From NCBI GenBank assembly GCA_040285855.1, contig JAUFOQ010000013.1:992001-1056000 (forward strand): a DNA stretch of 64,000 nucleotides, in the 5' to 3' direction. The notes under the pieces are model-generated. The model saw only the letters and a list, made by a program, of their open reading frames with translations, was not told where the DNA came from and ran no database searches. A program made the translations under genes and the position numbers. The stretch is from Eukaryota sp. GEM-RC1 (lineage: Eukaryota). Shown here in pieces: positions 34,501 to 47,146 of the stretch (positions within the stretch are counted from its first letter, which is position 1; the number at the start of each line of letters is the position of its first letter).

Positions 34501-37500
34501 ATTCCTTAATAGGAAGGAACAAACTCTCAGACGGGGAAATTGAAAGCATTCCTTTGGAAAGTTTGGTAATGAAAGACTCGGATAAAGCAGATGTATCAAC
34601 TTTAAGAATAATTGTTGCAACATTAATTATTAAAATCAAAGTGGCAGGATCGAAATCAGATAAACTTGAAACATTAAAACTTTTGACAAATGATGTGATA
34701 AAGCTCTGAATTGTTTTTAATTTCTTTGGTGGTTGAACACTTAAAATGTGATGAGATATTACCAGACAAAAAGGTAGACAATCCTTAGAATCAAGACATT
34801 TAGAAGTAATTTCTAAAAGATTTAAATCAAAAGTCGTGGATCCTACTACATGAGAACTAAGCACGTTTAATAGAGACAAAGTAAATCCTGGATTGTTGGA
34901 AACGTCATCAAGACTCATTTTGAAAATTTTAATGAAATTGTCAAAGCCACTGGTATTCTTCATGACCACAAGTAACAATCTTTTGATTCTGAAAACTGAC
35001 ATAAAAATTCAATTCTTCTAAATTCTGACAAAAATGTTAAAATATCTGATGAAATAATAGCTAGTTCAGCTAAACAGTCAAAACAATGAGCAAACGTGTC
35101 CTTTGGAATGGAATACTTTCGAATGAGCTCAAACAACGTGGTGTGGAGCTCATCAGATTGAAACAGTGAAGGGAAATGTTTACTACAATTTTGAAATAAT
35201 ACCAGAAATTTAGATATTAAAACAGGTGACATTTCTGGGAAAGACTGAGTAGTAGCCAAAATCAAATTGTCAACATCAGATTCTTGTAGAAATTTGAATA
35301 TTTTAGGAGAATTCGTGTCTGTCAAGCTAATCAAAATATCAGCACACGTGATAACATCATCGAATTCATGATTGGAATACTCAACAAATAAGTTCTTAAG
35401 TAGTAACTGTGGAATACTAGAGAAAATAAGTGCATGTCCGAAATTACAGTCAACAAATTGTTTAACACAACTTAAAGCACAAGAAACATTACCAGCCAAG
35501 GCGTTATAAAGGAAAGTGAAAACGTTGGGCATAACGGTATACCAAAAGACTGAACAAGAACTGGAAGATACCAAAAATGAAGTTAGAAATTCAATAAATT
35601 CTGTCAGATTTCCACCAAGGGACAAAAACTTTAGGTCAGAGAAAATATTACGGACATTACGGTTACTAACAACGCTATTTAAAGATTCGGCTGATGAATT
35701 ACAAATATTCAGTAAGGAATTTAGCATGACTGGCAGTAGATCTAGACAATGAACAGTTTCAGTTCCTTGAATTTCAGCAAAAACTGAATTAATTAAATCA
35801 TCCACAAAGAGTTCAATTGAGGTGCCTTGTTGGGCAACTAATTTATGAACAGTATCAGCAGTGATGTGGCAGAGGCAATTAATCAAGTCTGGTGACGTTA
35901 CCAACTGAACACAGCTTGACGAGAAGTAATTGATGAGCAAAAGCGAACTTTCCATGAGTTTAACATCATTAGCAGAAAGATTTGAAATAATTAACTGTAT
36001 AATGCTGAGTGATTCTGCTGAATTCTGTTGACTCTTATCATTAAAAAGCTGATTTAAAATATCTGCGGGAGTTTTCGACAGAACTGAAACACATAAACCA
36101 GAGAATTCAAAAGAACTAGGCAGATATCGTGGTAAAACTGTGAAAAGTTGTAGTGAAAGCTCAAGAATTTCAAAGGAAAAAATGGCAGAATTATGCTGTG
36201 AAATAGACATCAAAATATGAAGTAAATGTGGAAAACCTGAAGAAACAACTGATTTGCACAAAGTCACGTCAGCAAAGAACTCAGAAGAGAATTTTGAATT
36301 AACTAAGACTAGATAATGAGACATGACACGTGATAGGATTAATTCTTGATCAACATTGTTTGAAACAAAACATGATGGGTTTGTGAGTGCGAACAAGTAG
36401 ACAATTAAGCTCAGGTGTGACACGTCATCATTTTGACCTATACTTGGAGAAACGGGTGGTGAAACAATTAAAGAACATATACACTCAATGAATTGGGGCA
36501 AACAATCGAGGGAGAACTCAAAATGCTTTTTTAAACCTCAAATTTAAAAATTTGATAAATGAATTCAAACAGTTAAACAACAACTGCTCCTCAACAAAAC
36601 TGTACTTCATAGCTTGGAATGACACCACAAACCCTGCCAACGAATTCTCAATGACACAAATGTGAGAAACGTGGTCCTCAATGGATATTTCATGAGAAAG
36701 AAATTGATAATAAACGTTCAAAAGAGATAAACAAGCTTCGGTTACAAGTTTATCCTGAATGTATGGAAGTGATGTTGTGATTAAATTGATTGAAACAGAA
36801 TAGGAAGGTAATTCAGAATAGATAGAAGAGAAGAAAAACAGCATGTTTTTAACAGTGACCGCTGACGTATTTTCACTAGCAAACAAAGTTTCCGATGCAG
36901 AAACTAAACCAGTTTCCAAAATGACTTTTTGATGAAGATTCAAATCAACAATTATTGTAGAACAATTAAAAAGAAGAGTGGAAAGGGATTCTGAAAGCTC
37001 TTTTAGATTCAAAAGCGCTTGGGATAAACTCAACATCTCCAAAATGATTGATTTTAACTGTTCATTATCAGTATCGTCATTGTCCTCAAAAGGGTCGATA
37101 TTAGATAATAATCTAAACTTTGGTAAGAGGGAAATATTGATTAAGCAATTTAGAATAATTACACTCAATTCAGAATTTTCCTTATGATCACGTAACAGTC
37201 CAATCAAACCCGTCATCAAAACGATCAAATTCCCATCGTCTAAGAACTCTGGACCCTTCTGACTTACAAGATCAGACAAGGAATTAACAGCTGACAACAA
37301 AACATTACATCCCAAAGAGCCATACTTACTCGTATTTTTCATTAAGGAACATATCAACTCAATACTAGAGAAATCAGTAATAGTGTGAACCAAAATATTG
37401 GATGAACTGGACGTCGTTTTGGATGATACGGAGCACAGGAGAAGTAAAGCACTATCAACGCAAACAGGACAACTATTCTTACATAATACTTCATAGCATT

Positions 37501-39882
37501 TCACCAACAGCGTGGTCCAATTGGAGTTAGTGAAATCTATAACCATATCTTCAAGAGATACTATAGAAGAAAAGAATGTGAAAGAAAGAGAACTACTGTG
37601 AGGGCATTCACGAGAAATGGAAGGAGGAAGCTGAAAAGAAGAATCAATAAGGTCAAAACATAGGTCAAAACAAGATGAGATTTGATTGGGTGTTAGTGTA
37701 AGAGGAAGGATAGTCAAGTACTTAAGAAATGACGAAAATGACGAAAAGAAAAAGTCGTTTGCTGAAGATTTGTTTTTAATGAGCAACTCAATTACTTGGT
37801 TAATTTGATGCTGAGATATTGGAACGTTGACAAATAGAAATACACCAAATACAGAACATAGATGAAGTTGTTCCAAATCCAAGAATAGATCTAAAACTGA
37901 GGAAAAATTGTGCCAGGATGTAATATTTAAAAAATTGGCGATGAAATTTTGATTATCATCGCTGGCGGTTGAAATTAGTCCATATAGAGAATCAAATAAG
38001 AGTAGCAAAAGAGTAAGGTTATCAGTAGAAAAATGACGTTTTTCTTGTGCAAAAGCAGAAAGAACTGATCCAATGATGTGATTTTTAACCTTTTCATCCT
38101 GACTCAAGAAAATGAGAGTAAAAATAGCTTTTGTTGAGGCAAAATGTGGTCCTTTTGTTTCAAGTGCTAAAGTGACTAACGCCTGTACAATGGAAAACAT
38201 TGAATATACAGTGAAATTTTGAATTGTTGGGGATTTTTCAATTATCATGTCACAATAGTTTGAAGCAACCACTGGATCAGGAGACAACAATCCACACAAG
38301 ATATTGAAACATTCAAAAGAAAAATGACGATCTGAAACTAGTGCAAAAAATTGGAGACAGTCTGAAATTTTAAAACCGTCAAAATTTGAAATTTGTCTGA
38401 CCAGTGACAAACAAGGTAAAACTGTTGACAATAGCCACTCGGATAAACTTTCTGTTTTTACGAAGGGATTGCCCAAAACGTGTACCTCATTCAAAAGTAA
38501 AGGAATTTTTGAAAATTTGGAAAACGGTAATAAAAGATCCGCAGCAGTTGAAAAGCTATTGGAAATTACCGACAAAAATTTAATATTTGGGATGTTACCT
38601 GAGAATTTGGAAATGCGATTGTAATTCAAATCTAATGATTGTAGATTTGGAAAAGCATTAGTAATCATTGAAAGTGGAAAATTTCCAGAAAACCCACAAT
38701 TATTTAGCGACAACTTAGAAACTAGCGCCAAATGGCTCACAAAAGGGTTAAGCGTACTCAAGAATTTTGAAATATTCTGAAAATTATAAGAATGAACAAA
38801 AATAACTCTAGATTCATTCCCATCAAAAACCTCTGAAAACACCCTATGCAAACGATGACTTGTAGACCGTTTAAGTGACTCTGGTTTGCTGTAAGATGCT
38901 TTTTAGCTGAAATATCAGTCAATTTTCGAACGGAAATATCAAGAACATTGGATTTAAGAAGGAGATCCTTGATGTGATCAGCAGTTGATTGGAAGAAAGG
39001 ATGAGAAAGGGAAGCAATGTGATCACAGAAGGAAGAAAGAAGGGAATCAAAATCTGGAACATCTAATTTTTTAAATTTTGAGTCATTGGAATTTTTCATG
39101 TGGAACAGAAGAGACAACACAATGATGTGAAACCACGGATATTGTTTGCAACACAATTGAAGTGTGGCATTTGACCAGAATTGAAGAGCTTTCGAGTTAT
39201 TATAAGGAGAAATAAATGAAAACTTGCAGATATTTGAAAGTGAGGGCAGAAAATCGGGAAACTTGTTATTCCAGTAAATGAATCGATGATGTGACGATAC
39301 AAGTATTTTTCGGACATAATCAGACGTATTCTGATCAATTAAAAAGAGGAAAGGCTGGTTCGAAGAAGTCACGGGAAGCTGAAACTGGCCATTCTCGACA
39401 GTTAGAAGCCTCAGCATTGAGTACTCTACAGGTCTCGTTGGAGTGGAGGGGGTAGACGTGAAGAAAAGAGAATGTGGGTAGAGTGTGATGTACTTGGATT
39501 TAGATTTGTTCTTGCCACGTTGAAAAGAGCATTCATAGGTACTAAGAGGGAGCAGTGTTTGGGATGATATCTGTTGAGGTGGTGACGATGGAGGTTGTTG
39601 GAGTGAAGCATACTGGGGTGCATACAGTGTAAAAAGAAAGGGATATATGAACGATGATGATGATATGAAGCAAGATAGGTCGATTGCAATTTGGTCATCA
39701 TCTTCTGGAGCTGATTTGAGGGTTTGTTCTAAGAGAGTGAAGAAGGGAGTAGAAGCAAGGTAAGCTGTGCTTTTGCACGATAGAAGTTGTTCAGCTACAG
39801 CCCTTGGAAGGTTCATTGATGATTGCATGAGGAACTGAACCTTCAAATTCGAATCTAGATATGTGGGTATGTCTTTTCTCAA
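31552..39882 (-). CDS. Giant (~2700 aa) protein with a possible PH-like region, a short LRR block and a long ARM/HEAT-like solenoid; split by frameshifts
   Basis: Five abutting/overlapping minus-strand ORFs; LSLNNC, LQSLDLNYNRISK, LSVISNSF, VHVLGNPFV (LRR and cap); Leu/Ser/Phe-rich helical repeats. Confidence 0.7.
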
Positions 39883-40710
39883 ACACCTCTTTAAACACCA
39901 TATACAATGTAATCTGTTAAAATCATTGATTGCTCACCTGCTGGGTTTGGTTAAACTAGTGTTTTTCGCTCAAAGTCCCACCACATTAATGATATTGTTG
40001 CCACATTTTACTTGAATACATTATATTTCGTCCAATATTTTGTGAAAGGAGTTATACATTCCAAAAGTATGTAGGAGTTTTATTAAATGTAATCAATTAG
40101 ATGATATCGATTCTTCTGAATGTGTACAATGGATGTAGGAATCGTCTCAATGCCACATTTACACCTGCAATTAATTATCCAAAAGTAATTCACTTTTGTC
40201 TCGTTCTTAATAATGCTGTTGGTGACGTTACATTTGAAATGTGTTAACCATTTAAAGACTGTAGAAAAACGTAATACATTTTTCCTCAGTTTGTTACGCT
40301 CAATCAAAAGTTGTATTAGACTCATGTGTTATTTCTATGTAAAGTAGTATAGGTGAAATGGCTTCTGAGTTTTTAATTGATTTTGCTGTATATTGGATGT
40401 ATCATTAAGTTCACTAACTCTTATTTTTGATAATATCACTACGGTATACCTACATCTAACAATCACTATAATCAATGGCCAAATTGCCTATTTTGTAATT
40501 CTCACCTATGGTATCCTCAAAATGTCTGCCAAGATAAAGTAGATCATTAGATACGGAAGTCACCATACCTTTAAAGATAGAAAACACAATTCGACTCTTC
40601 CAAAAATCCAAGACCATAAGTGCTAGATTCTTTTTCTTTTACAGTCTTCACAAAGATTTGAAGTACTATTGTTGCAGATTCACCTGAAAATCATCATAAG
40701 TATCATCATG

Positions 40711-40787
40711 TGTTGGGCTTAGTCATATGAATAGAGAAAAGTGAATTTATTAATACAAATAGGTCCTGATGAGTCATGACACTAACA
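40711..40787 (-). repeat. 3' LTR (77 bp)
   Basis: 76/77 identical to 46870-46946; flanked by CATG at 40707-40710; contains AATAAA on the minus strand. Confidence 0.96.
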
Positions 40788-43700
40788 TTACTTCTTCCCC
40801 CCTTTTCGAGGACCTAGTCCTCTTAGCAGGTGGTGTAGTGAGAATGACGGAATTAGGAGTGTTACTAGAGTTTGAGTTACGATTACGACTACTTCTAGGT
40901 TTACTTTTAGGGTTAGCTTTGGGTTTGGCGTGAGGATTTAATTTAATAAAGCTTGAGTACGCTTTGGTGTTCTTAACTAGACTCAGAGGTTCCTCGGTAG
41001 TATCGCCGTCAAACCATACGACAGAACATATGGGCCCTGTAGGTGAATCACGTTGATCAAGGATCTCGATTATGACCATCTCTTCAGAGTCGCATGAAGC
41101 TACTGCCTTGTGGAACTCGTCAGAGGAGGGTTTGTCGGAAAGGTACTTGGTGCATAGATGGATGCTGGAGCGGAAGCGATGTCCGGTGACAAAGTTCTGC
41201 AGTTCAAGTGAGCTTTTGGAAGGGATGTCGATGACGAGGTACGGTCCCTCTTGTTTGCCATGAAGCTTCTTAACTGCTTTGTTACTTCGTAGTACTAAGT
41301 CACCGATAGCGAATAGCGAGGGTGTATTGTCTGTAGTAATAGAAGATTTGATAGATGATTGGGTGGTTTCTGCTTCTTCCCGTTTTTTCAAAATTCTTGT
41401 TAATTTTGATTGGTAATCAGCTAGAAAGGAATCTTCTGAAATCTTGTTCTGAGTGAGACAAGAGATGATTTTACTTGGATCACTACCAGGGTTGGTGTTA
41501 GATCCAAACATCAATTCGTACGGTGTAAAGCCGGTTACTCTACTCTTCGTAGTGTTTACCAGCAGTTGTACTAGTGGGATGTATTTACTCCAGTTGTCAT
41601 AGTCATTAAAGTCTATGAGCATCTTTCGTAAAGCTTGTAGGATGTCTCTGTGTCGACGTTCAACTAAACCGTTGCCAGGAGAGAAACTAGGTATAGATTT
41701 ATTAGTTGTGATGTCAAATTGATTGCAGACGTCATTGAAAACGTGATTAGCAAATTCTTTGCCATTGTCACTGTGAATGAGGTCTGGAATACCGAAGATG
41801 GCGCAAACGTTACACACTAACGAATATGCTGTCTCATGAGCATTCAGTTCCTTTAGTGGGCATAGGATTGTGAATCTGGTGATGGAATCTATGAACACTA
41901 GTAGGTAATTGTTTCCCGATGTGTCAGTAGGAAGTGGTCCTATAGTGTCGACGTTCATCTTTGCAAATGGTTTGTCGGACCATAAATTACCTGAAGATTT
42001 GATAGTTGTTTTGGCAAGGGGGGCTGTCTTTTGACAAGCTGGACATTGCCTGCAGTGAGTTTTCATGTCGTTGATCATGCTGGGCCAGAAGTAGTCACTA
42101 GATTTTAGCCGATCAATGCTATCTTTAGTACTGGGGTGACCTGCATGTGGAAAACCGTGTAAGTGGTTCAAGGTGGTTTTCACCAAGGCACTTGGTATCA
42201 AGATCTTGTTGTTGCTATTCATGTATAGCTGGAACTCTTCATTGAACCAAGTAGACGGGTGTTGGAACAATGGATCGTTATTTTTGATGGCTTCTACTTG
42301 TGTAGAGCGTACTTTCGAAAGCCAAGCGTCGAATAACTTCGATTTGTTGATCAGAGCATCGTCAATCATGTTGATTGATTCTGTTGATAAGGTTTGATAT
42401 TCCGTATCCTCATCAGTAGGGCATCGGCTATCGGTTATAGAGAACAAATGCTCTGGGCAATATGTGGCTATGTGGTTTATAGACTCGGTTGGTGCGTCTT
42501 TGGTAACATTGCGTGACATCATGTCAGCCCAATGGTTGTCTTCGCCACTGGTGTGGACTATAGTGAATAGGTATTCGCTGAGAATAGGGATCCATCGTTT
42601 GACCATCCTGTTCTTCTCGGGTGCTGAGATTAAGTAAGCGAGGTTTTTGTGATCTGTGAAGATCGTTAGTTCCCTGCTGATAAGGTATGATGACAGTTGG
42701 GATTCTGTTAGAATTAGGAGAATGGCGTACAATTCCTTTTGGATTGTGGCCCAGTTCTGTTGAGAGTCAGTGAGTAGTTTGCTGTAGAATGCTAGTGGTT
42801 CTACTTTGCGTTCGTTCAGTGGAGTTCCCTCAGTGAGGGTGCATTCTAGCCAGATGACACCGCCTACGGCGATATCGCTGGCATCTGCGCTGATCAGTAT
42901 GCGTCTGTCTTTGTCTGGTAGACATAGGGGCATGTGATTGATTATCCTCTTTTGATCTCATCAAAATTTGATTGAAGTTGAGGTGTCCAATGAACTGTTC
43001 GTGCTTTGTTCTTTACTAGGGCTATTATGGGAGCTAGTAGGTCAGATGCATCTGCTATGAAATCTTTGATGTAGTTGATAGAGCCGACGAAACTTCGAAC
43101 TTCTTTTATGGTGGTCGGTGTTGGTATATTTACCCGAGCTTCTACACGTTTTGAATCGATTCGACGAGTGTTGTCGATGTATTCGCAACCTAAGATAGTT
43201 ATAGGATGATTCTTTGTAATGAACTTGCACTTGTGTAAGCCAAGGTTGACTCTATAAAGATGAGCTCTCTCAAGAACGAATTTTATTCTAGATGAGAATT
43301 CATCAAAAGTTTTGGCAACTATGATGATGTCATCGATGTAGATGAATACTCCTTCGTGGTCGAAAATATCCATCATTAAGTTTTGAAAGATTGCTGGTAC
43401 GTTCTTCAAGCCAAAAACACGCTCGTTTGAATCGAATGGCTAGGCCATGGATGACTAGAGTTGTCTTGTCGCGTTCGTGATCCGCAGATTCAGTTGCCAA
43501 AATGCTTTTGGCAGGTCGAGAGTGGCTATGTAGTTAGCTTCACTCAGGAATTCCTGTATGTCTGCGATTCTAGGTAGATTCGGTTGTACAGATTTGGTAA
43601 GTTCGTTCACTCCTCCAGTACCACTGAAGTCACCAGTAAGTCTAGGCTTACGATGATCGGGGTAGACCACAAGTACTACCGGGGAGCTGAATTTTCCGTC

Positions 43701-44450
43701 GGGTGTAGTATACTCAGCGTATCCCTAACGTACTAGTTCGTGAAAAGTTTCTTCGGCTATCCTTTGTTTAACTGGATTAAGCCTCCGAGGTTTTCGTTTC
43801 ACCGTGGACTCTTCGTTGTGGAAGTCAATTGTCATCGGTGGACAATCGATGCCATCTTTGTGTGGAACGGAATCGAAGATAACTGAGAACTCATTGAGTA
43901 GGTTCAGTAAACGATTGGTTCTATCATCGTCATCTAATGTGATTAAATAACCGGAATCATAAACAAATTTATTGAAATCTGTATTGTCTATAATTGAAAG
44001 GCTATTGGGCATAGATATGTTGGAGTCGAACTCAGACTCGTCGTTGCTATGAGCTAACATAGTTTGTTGAACCGGGATGATTAGTCCCTGTTCAGTCAGT
44101 AAACCTAACTGCTTCATGAGATCAATACCTAACAAACATTTGTTGGATCCAGGGATGATAGGTAAAGTCTTCGTCACAGATGTTAGGTGTGTCACCTTAC
44201 TGAACTTGAAGGTCAAGATCCCCTGGGCGCTACCCAGTGAGTGAGATCTGACGTTGTTTGCAGATGTGAATGGAACCTTCTTGTTGATGAAAGTCATTGA
44301 ACATCTATCGACCAGGTCTTGTGTGATAACGGACATTGATGCTCCACTGTCCCATAGACCCTGAATCGAAACACCATTGATGGTCAGACTGCAGCTGAGG
44401 AATGGTGGTGGATCCTGGTGATCGGTAATGCTGAATATCGAATTCAGGCT
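40774..44450 (-). CDS. pol: pol: protease, RT, RNase H, integrase, chromodomain (frameshifts and one in-frame TAG at 43725)
   Basis: LWDSGAS; LDLPKAFWQL; FIYIDDII; ADASDIAVGG..KELYAI..TDHKNL..ADMMSR; H..H..CPAC; VDTIGP, SDNGKEF, GLVER; GPY; EILDQR...VVWFDGDTTEEP. Confidence 0.93.
40788..40806 (-). other. Polypurine tract AAAAGGGGGGAAGAAG
   Basis: Immediately upstream of the 3' LTR on the coding strand. Confidence 0.9.
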
Positions 44451-44499
44451 TATAGAGTTCTCACCACTCGAATTACTGATGTTGTGGAGTGGGTTTGCG

Positions 44500-46885
44500 T
44501 ATGGATTATGTGAATCCGACGATGATGTGTTGTTGTGAATATGGTTTATGTGTTGAACGATATACTTATCAGATTTATTGTGTCTACGCGAACTATTACT
44601 ATGACTACGAGAGGGAGGTTTCTTTGCCTCAGATCGTGGAAGGCGTTGGTTCGCGGGAAGTTCACTTCTACGGCAGTCGGAGTGATTGCAGAGATTGATC
44701 TTATGATCAGTGGAATCACAGAAACTGCACTTGTTGGGGTCTTTCTCAGCTGGGTCTCTCTTCTCGGAGCGGTTCCTCTTTTTGAAGGAAGGAGATGGAG
44801 AAGGAGCAAGTCTTTGATCCGAAGATCTAGATTTGTAACCAGCGGTGGTGGAGAAGGATTTCGTGGCTGACCTTTGCATAGCCTTGGGTAGGTCACTCCA
44901 GGAATCCTTGTCACGGTGGACTAGGATCTCAACGTCCTTCTGTTCGCGTTGAACATGTGCAGGGGGAATGTTCCCATCTCTTACACCACGTGTTGTAGTG
45001 TTCGAGTGCAACGGTAAAGAACGTGTGGAGGTCTTTGGAGTCTTTGTACTCTGGCCAGAGGGTCAGGTAAATAGAAGCGATGCCAATATTCGTGAGTAAA
45101 GCTTTGACGATTACTCTTTCTTCGAGGCTCGAGTAAACGTTGGCCTTTGAAGTGCGGATCAGTGTGCTACGGTTCAAGATTTTATCAAAGCGTCTAATGA
45201 AGTCCAACCATCGGTCTTCATGATCTCTAATGTTCCAGGTCATAACGACTTCATTGATTTTGTTCCTCGCTGTAATGTATTCTCGGAACTGTGTCCTGAG
45301 GATAATTTCAATAAAGAGATTGCGGTGATCTTTCGTTGATTTGCCTAGGTAGGACAATTGTTGTTGAACACGGAAATCTATCAAACGGGGAACCCATCGC
45401 GTGTCAGCGTCGCTGGCGGCAATTCGGCCAATGTCAAAGAAGAAAGTAGCTTGACCCAAAGGTTTGTCGGTCGGTTGTTTGTAGTCAGGTTGAGCTAAAC
45501 AAAAGCTCATGTAGTTCCCAATCCAATGAATCATGACGTCGGGGTCGTCGAGAGTTTTCAAGAGAGGAGGAGTGATGGACTTGTTCAGGTCACTGTTCAT
45601 GTCGGTAGGTAGTCGCTCGGTGAACTTCAGGACCGAAAATGGAGTCTGAATGGGGGGAGGGCTATCCGACTGAGCGGGAGTGCGAGGTTGGTCTTCTGGA
45701 GATACGGAGAGGGCTCCTACCTACCCTTTGACGAATGCTGTGGTCAGCATGGTCTCGGGGTCCAAACGGCAGTACAGCAGGGTCTCTGTGCATTAAGTGG
45801 GGAGAAAATCCACTTGTACAATTCTCCGATATTTCACCGGGAATATAGGGAGCGTCTTTGACCAATGGTGGGACAGTGTCCGAGGGATTGTAATTTATCG
45901 CTGGGATGTTGTAAGACGGAACTTCTACATCCGTGTAACTATTGAGGTCGTCTATTTGACTCTCAATATCTTCGACTACTTCTTTTGGAAACGGTGTTTT
46001 CAGCAGATTATAAGCCTGGTGAGTGGATACCAGAGAATTAACACGGTTCTTGTCCATAATAAATCCTAGGAGTTTCCCTTGACCGCTTAGAACAGACGAA
46101 ATCTCTGGGTCGAGATTGATCCGATAGTTGAAATACCTTTGGTAGACTCTTTTCAGCTGTTTAGCTGGTTTGAGGAGAAAACTGTCTTTCTCGTATTCCA
46201 GATAGGTCTCACCATTGAGGCGGGATTGTTCTCTGAGTTCTTGCCATTGCTTGGCGTCGAAATTCTGATACATCCTACGTTCAGCTTCGTGTATTTCTTT
46301 AGCCGAGGAACTCGTGGTTAGCAAACCTGGGAGATTGGGATCTGTTCCAGGCATGACAAATCCTAGTACCGTGGTAGGGGGCTTGGGAGCCATTCTAGGT
46401 TTTTGGGAGTTCGGTGGGATTGGCTTGGGTAGCGGCGAAATTGAGGGGCTGGAAGCAGGGTTTGTCTGAGGTGTGACGGTGACAGGAGACGATTTCTTAC
46501 GAGGAGTATTTCTATTCGCCTTCCCTAAACAGGGAGGGTTTTCGTTCTCGACAGGTGGATTGGTACGCACCGGGGAGTTTACAACCTCGTGAATGGTTTC
46601 CTCTGGAGGATTGTTATCCTCGGGAGAGGAGTTATCAGGAGATTCGGGATCCACGTCGGATTCCACGAAGTCTACCGTGTCATCCCAAGGTTTTCCGTCA
46701 GGTCCCAATTCGGTGTTTGGGGTGGGGTTGTCCTTGGCTGCCAGGTCGGAACTGGACTTTGAGTTCTTGCCTAGGTCGGAACTAGGACTTGGGTTAGAGT
46801 TGCTTTCAGGAGTATAATGCTCCGGTAAACATACACATTGCTGCTCTTTGCAGAGGCCACAATAATTATTGTTGGTCTTAGTCAT
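44500..46885 (-). CDS. gag: Unusually long gag-like region with an N-terminal Cys motif, Pro/Ser-rich segment, capsid-like region and CCHC knuckle
   Basis: ORFs 45662-46999, 44929-45600 and the start of 43725-45011; CSFCDSTDHKINLC knuckle; in-frame ATGs inside the 5' LTR. Confidence 0.75.
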
Positions 46886-46946
46886 ATGAATAGAGAAAAG
46901 TGAATTTATTAATACAAATAGGTCCTGATGAGTCATGACACTAACA
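46870..46946 (-). repeat. 5' LTR (77 bp)
   Basis: Direct repeat of 40711-40787; followed by CATG at 46947-46950. Confidence 0.96.
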
Positions 46947-47146
46947 CATGTTGTATAAGAACTATGGTGAATCGTAGCTGATGTGGGGAATGACGCCATT
47001 GACAGCTTAACGTCTCAGGACACTTTCAGATCAGAAACAAGCGGACATTTTTGACCAATTATGAGAGATGTTGAAATTGTTTCAGTGCCATTTTTATTTT
47101 ATTGAATCACGTCAGAACCACGTTCCTATTATTCGATATTGGTTGA

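Larger units (their letters stand above)
40711..46946 (-). mobile_element. Full-length Ty3/gypsy LTR retrotransposon with chromodomain
   Basis: 77-bp LTRs with TG..CA ends; TSD CATG; domain order gag(CCHC)-PR(DSGA)-RT(YIDD)-RH-IN(HHCC, DDE, GPY)-chromodomain; PPT present. Confidence 0.96.

Noticed and set aside
29353..37187. Numerous short plus-strand ORFs
   Set aside because: Antisense shadows of the long minus-strand genes.
40761..40787. CTGATGA-GTC-AT-GAC in the LTR resembling a hammerhead ribozyme core
   Set aside because: No GAAA follows stem II, no stems I/III were found, and it is antisense to the element.
46947..46999. Gag ORF starting at 46999
   Set aside because: This ATG is in flanking host DNA beyond the LTR and TSD; the open frame is fortuitous.
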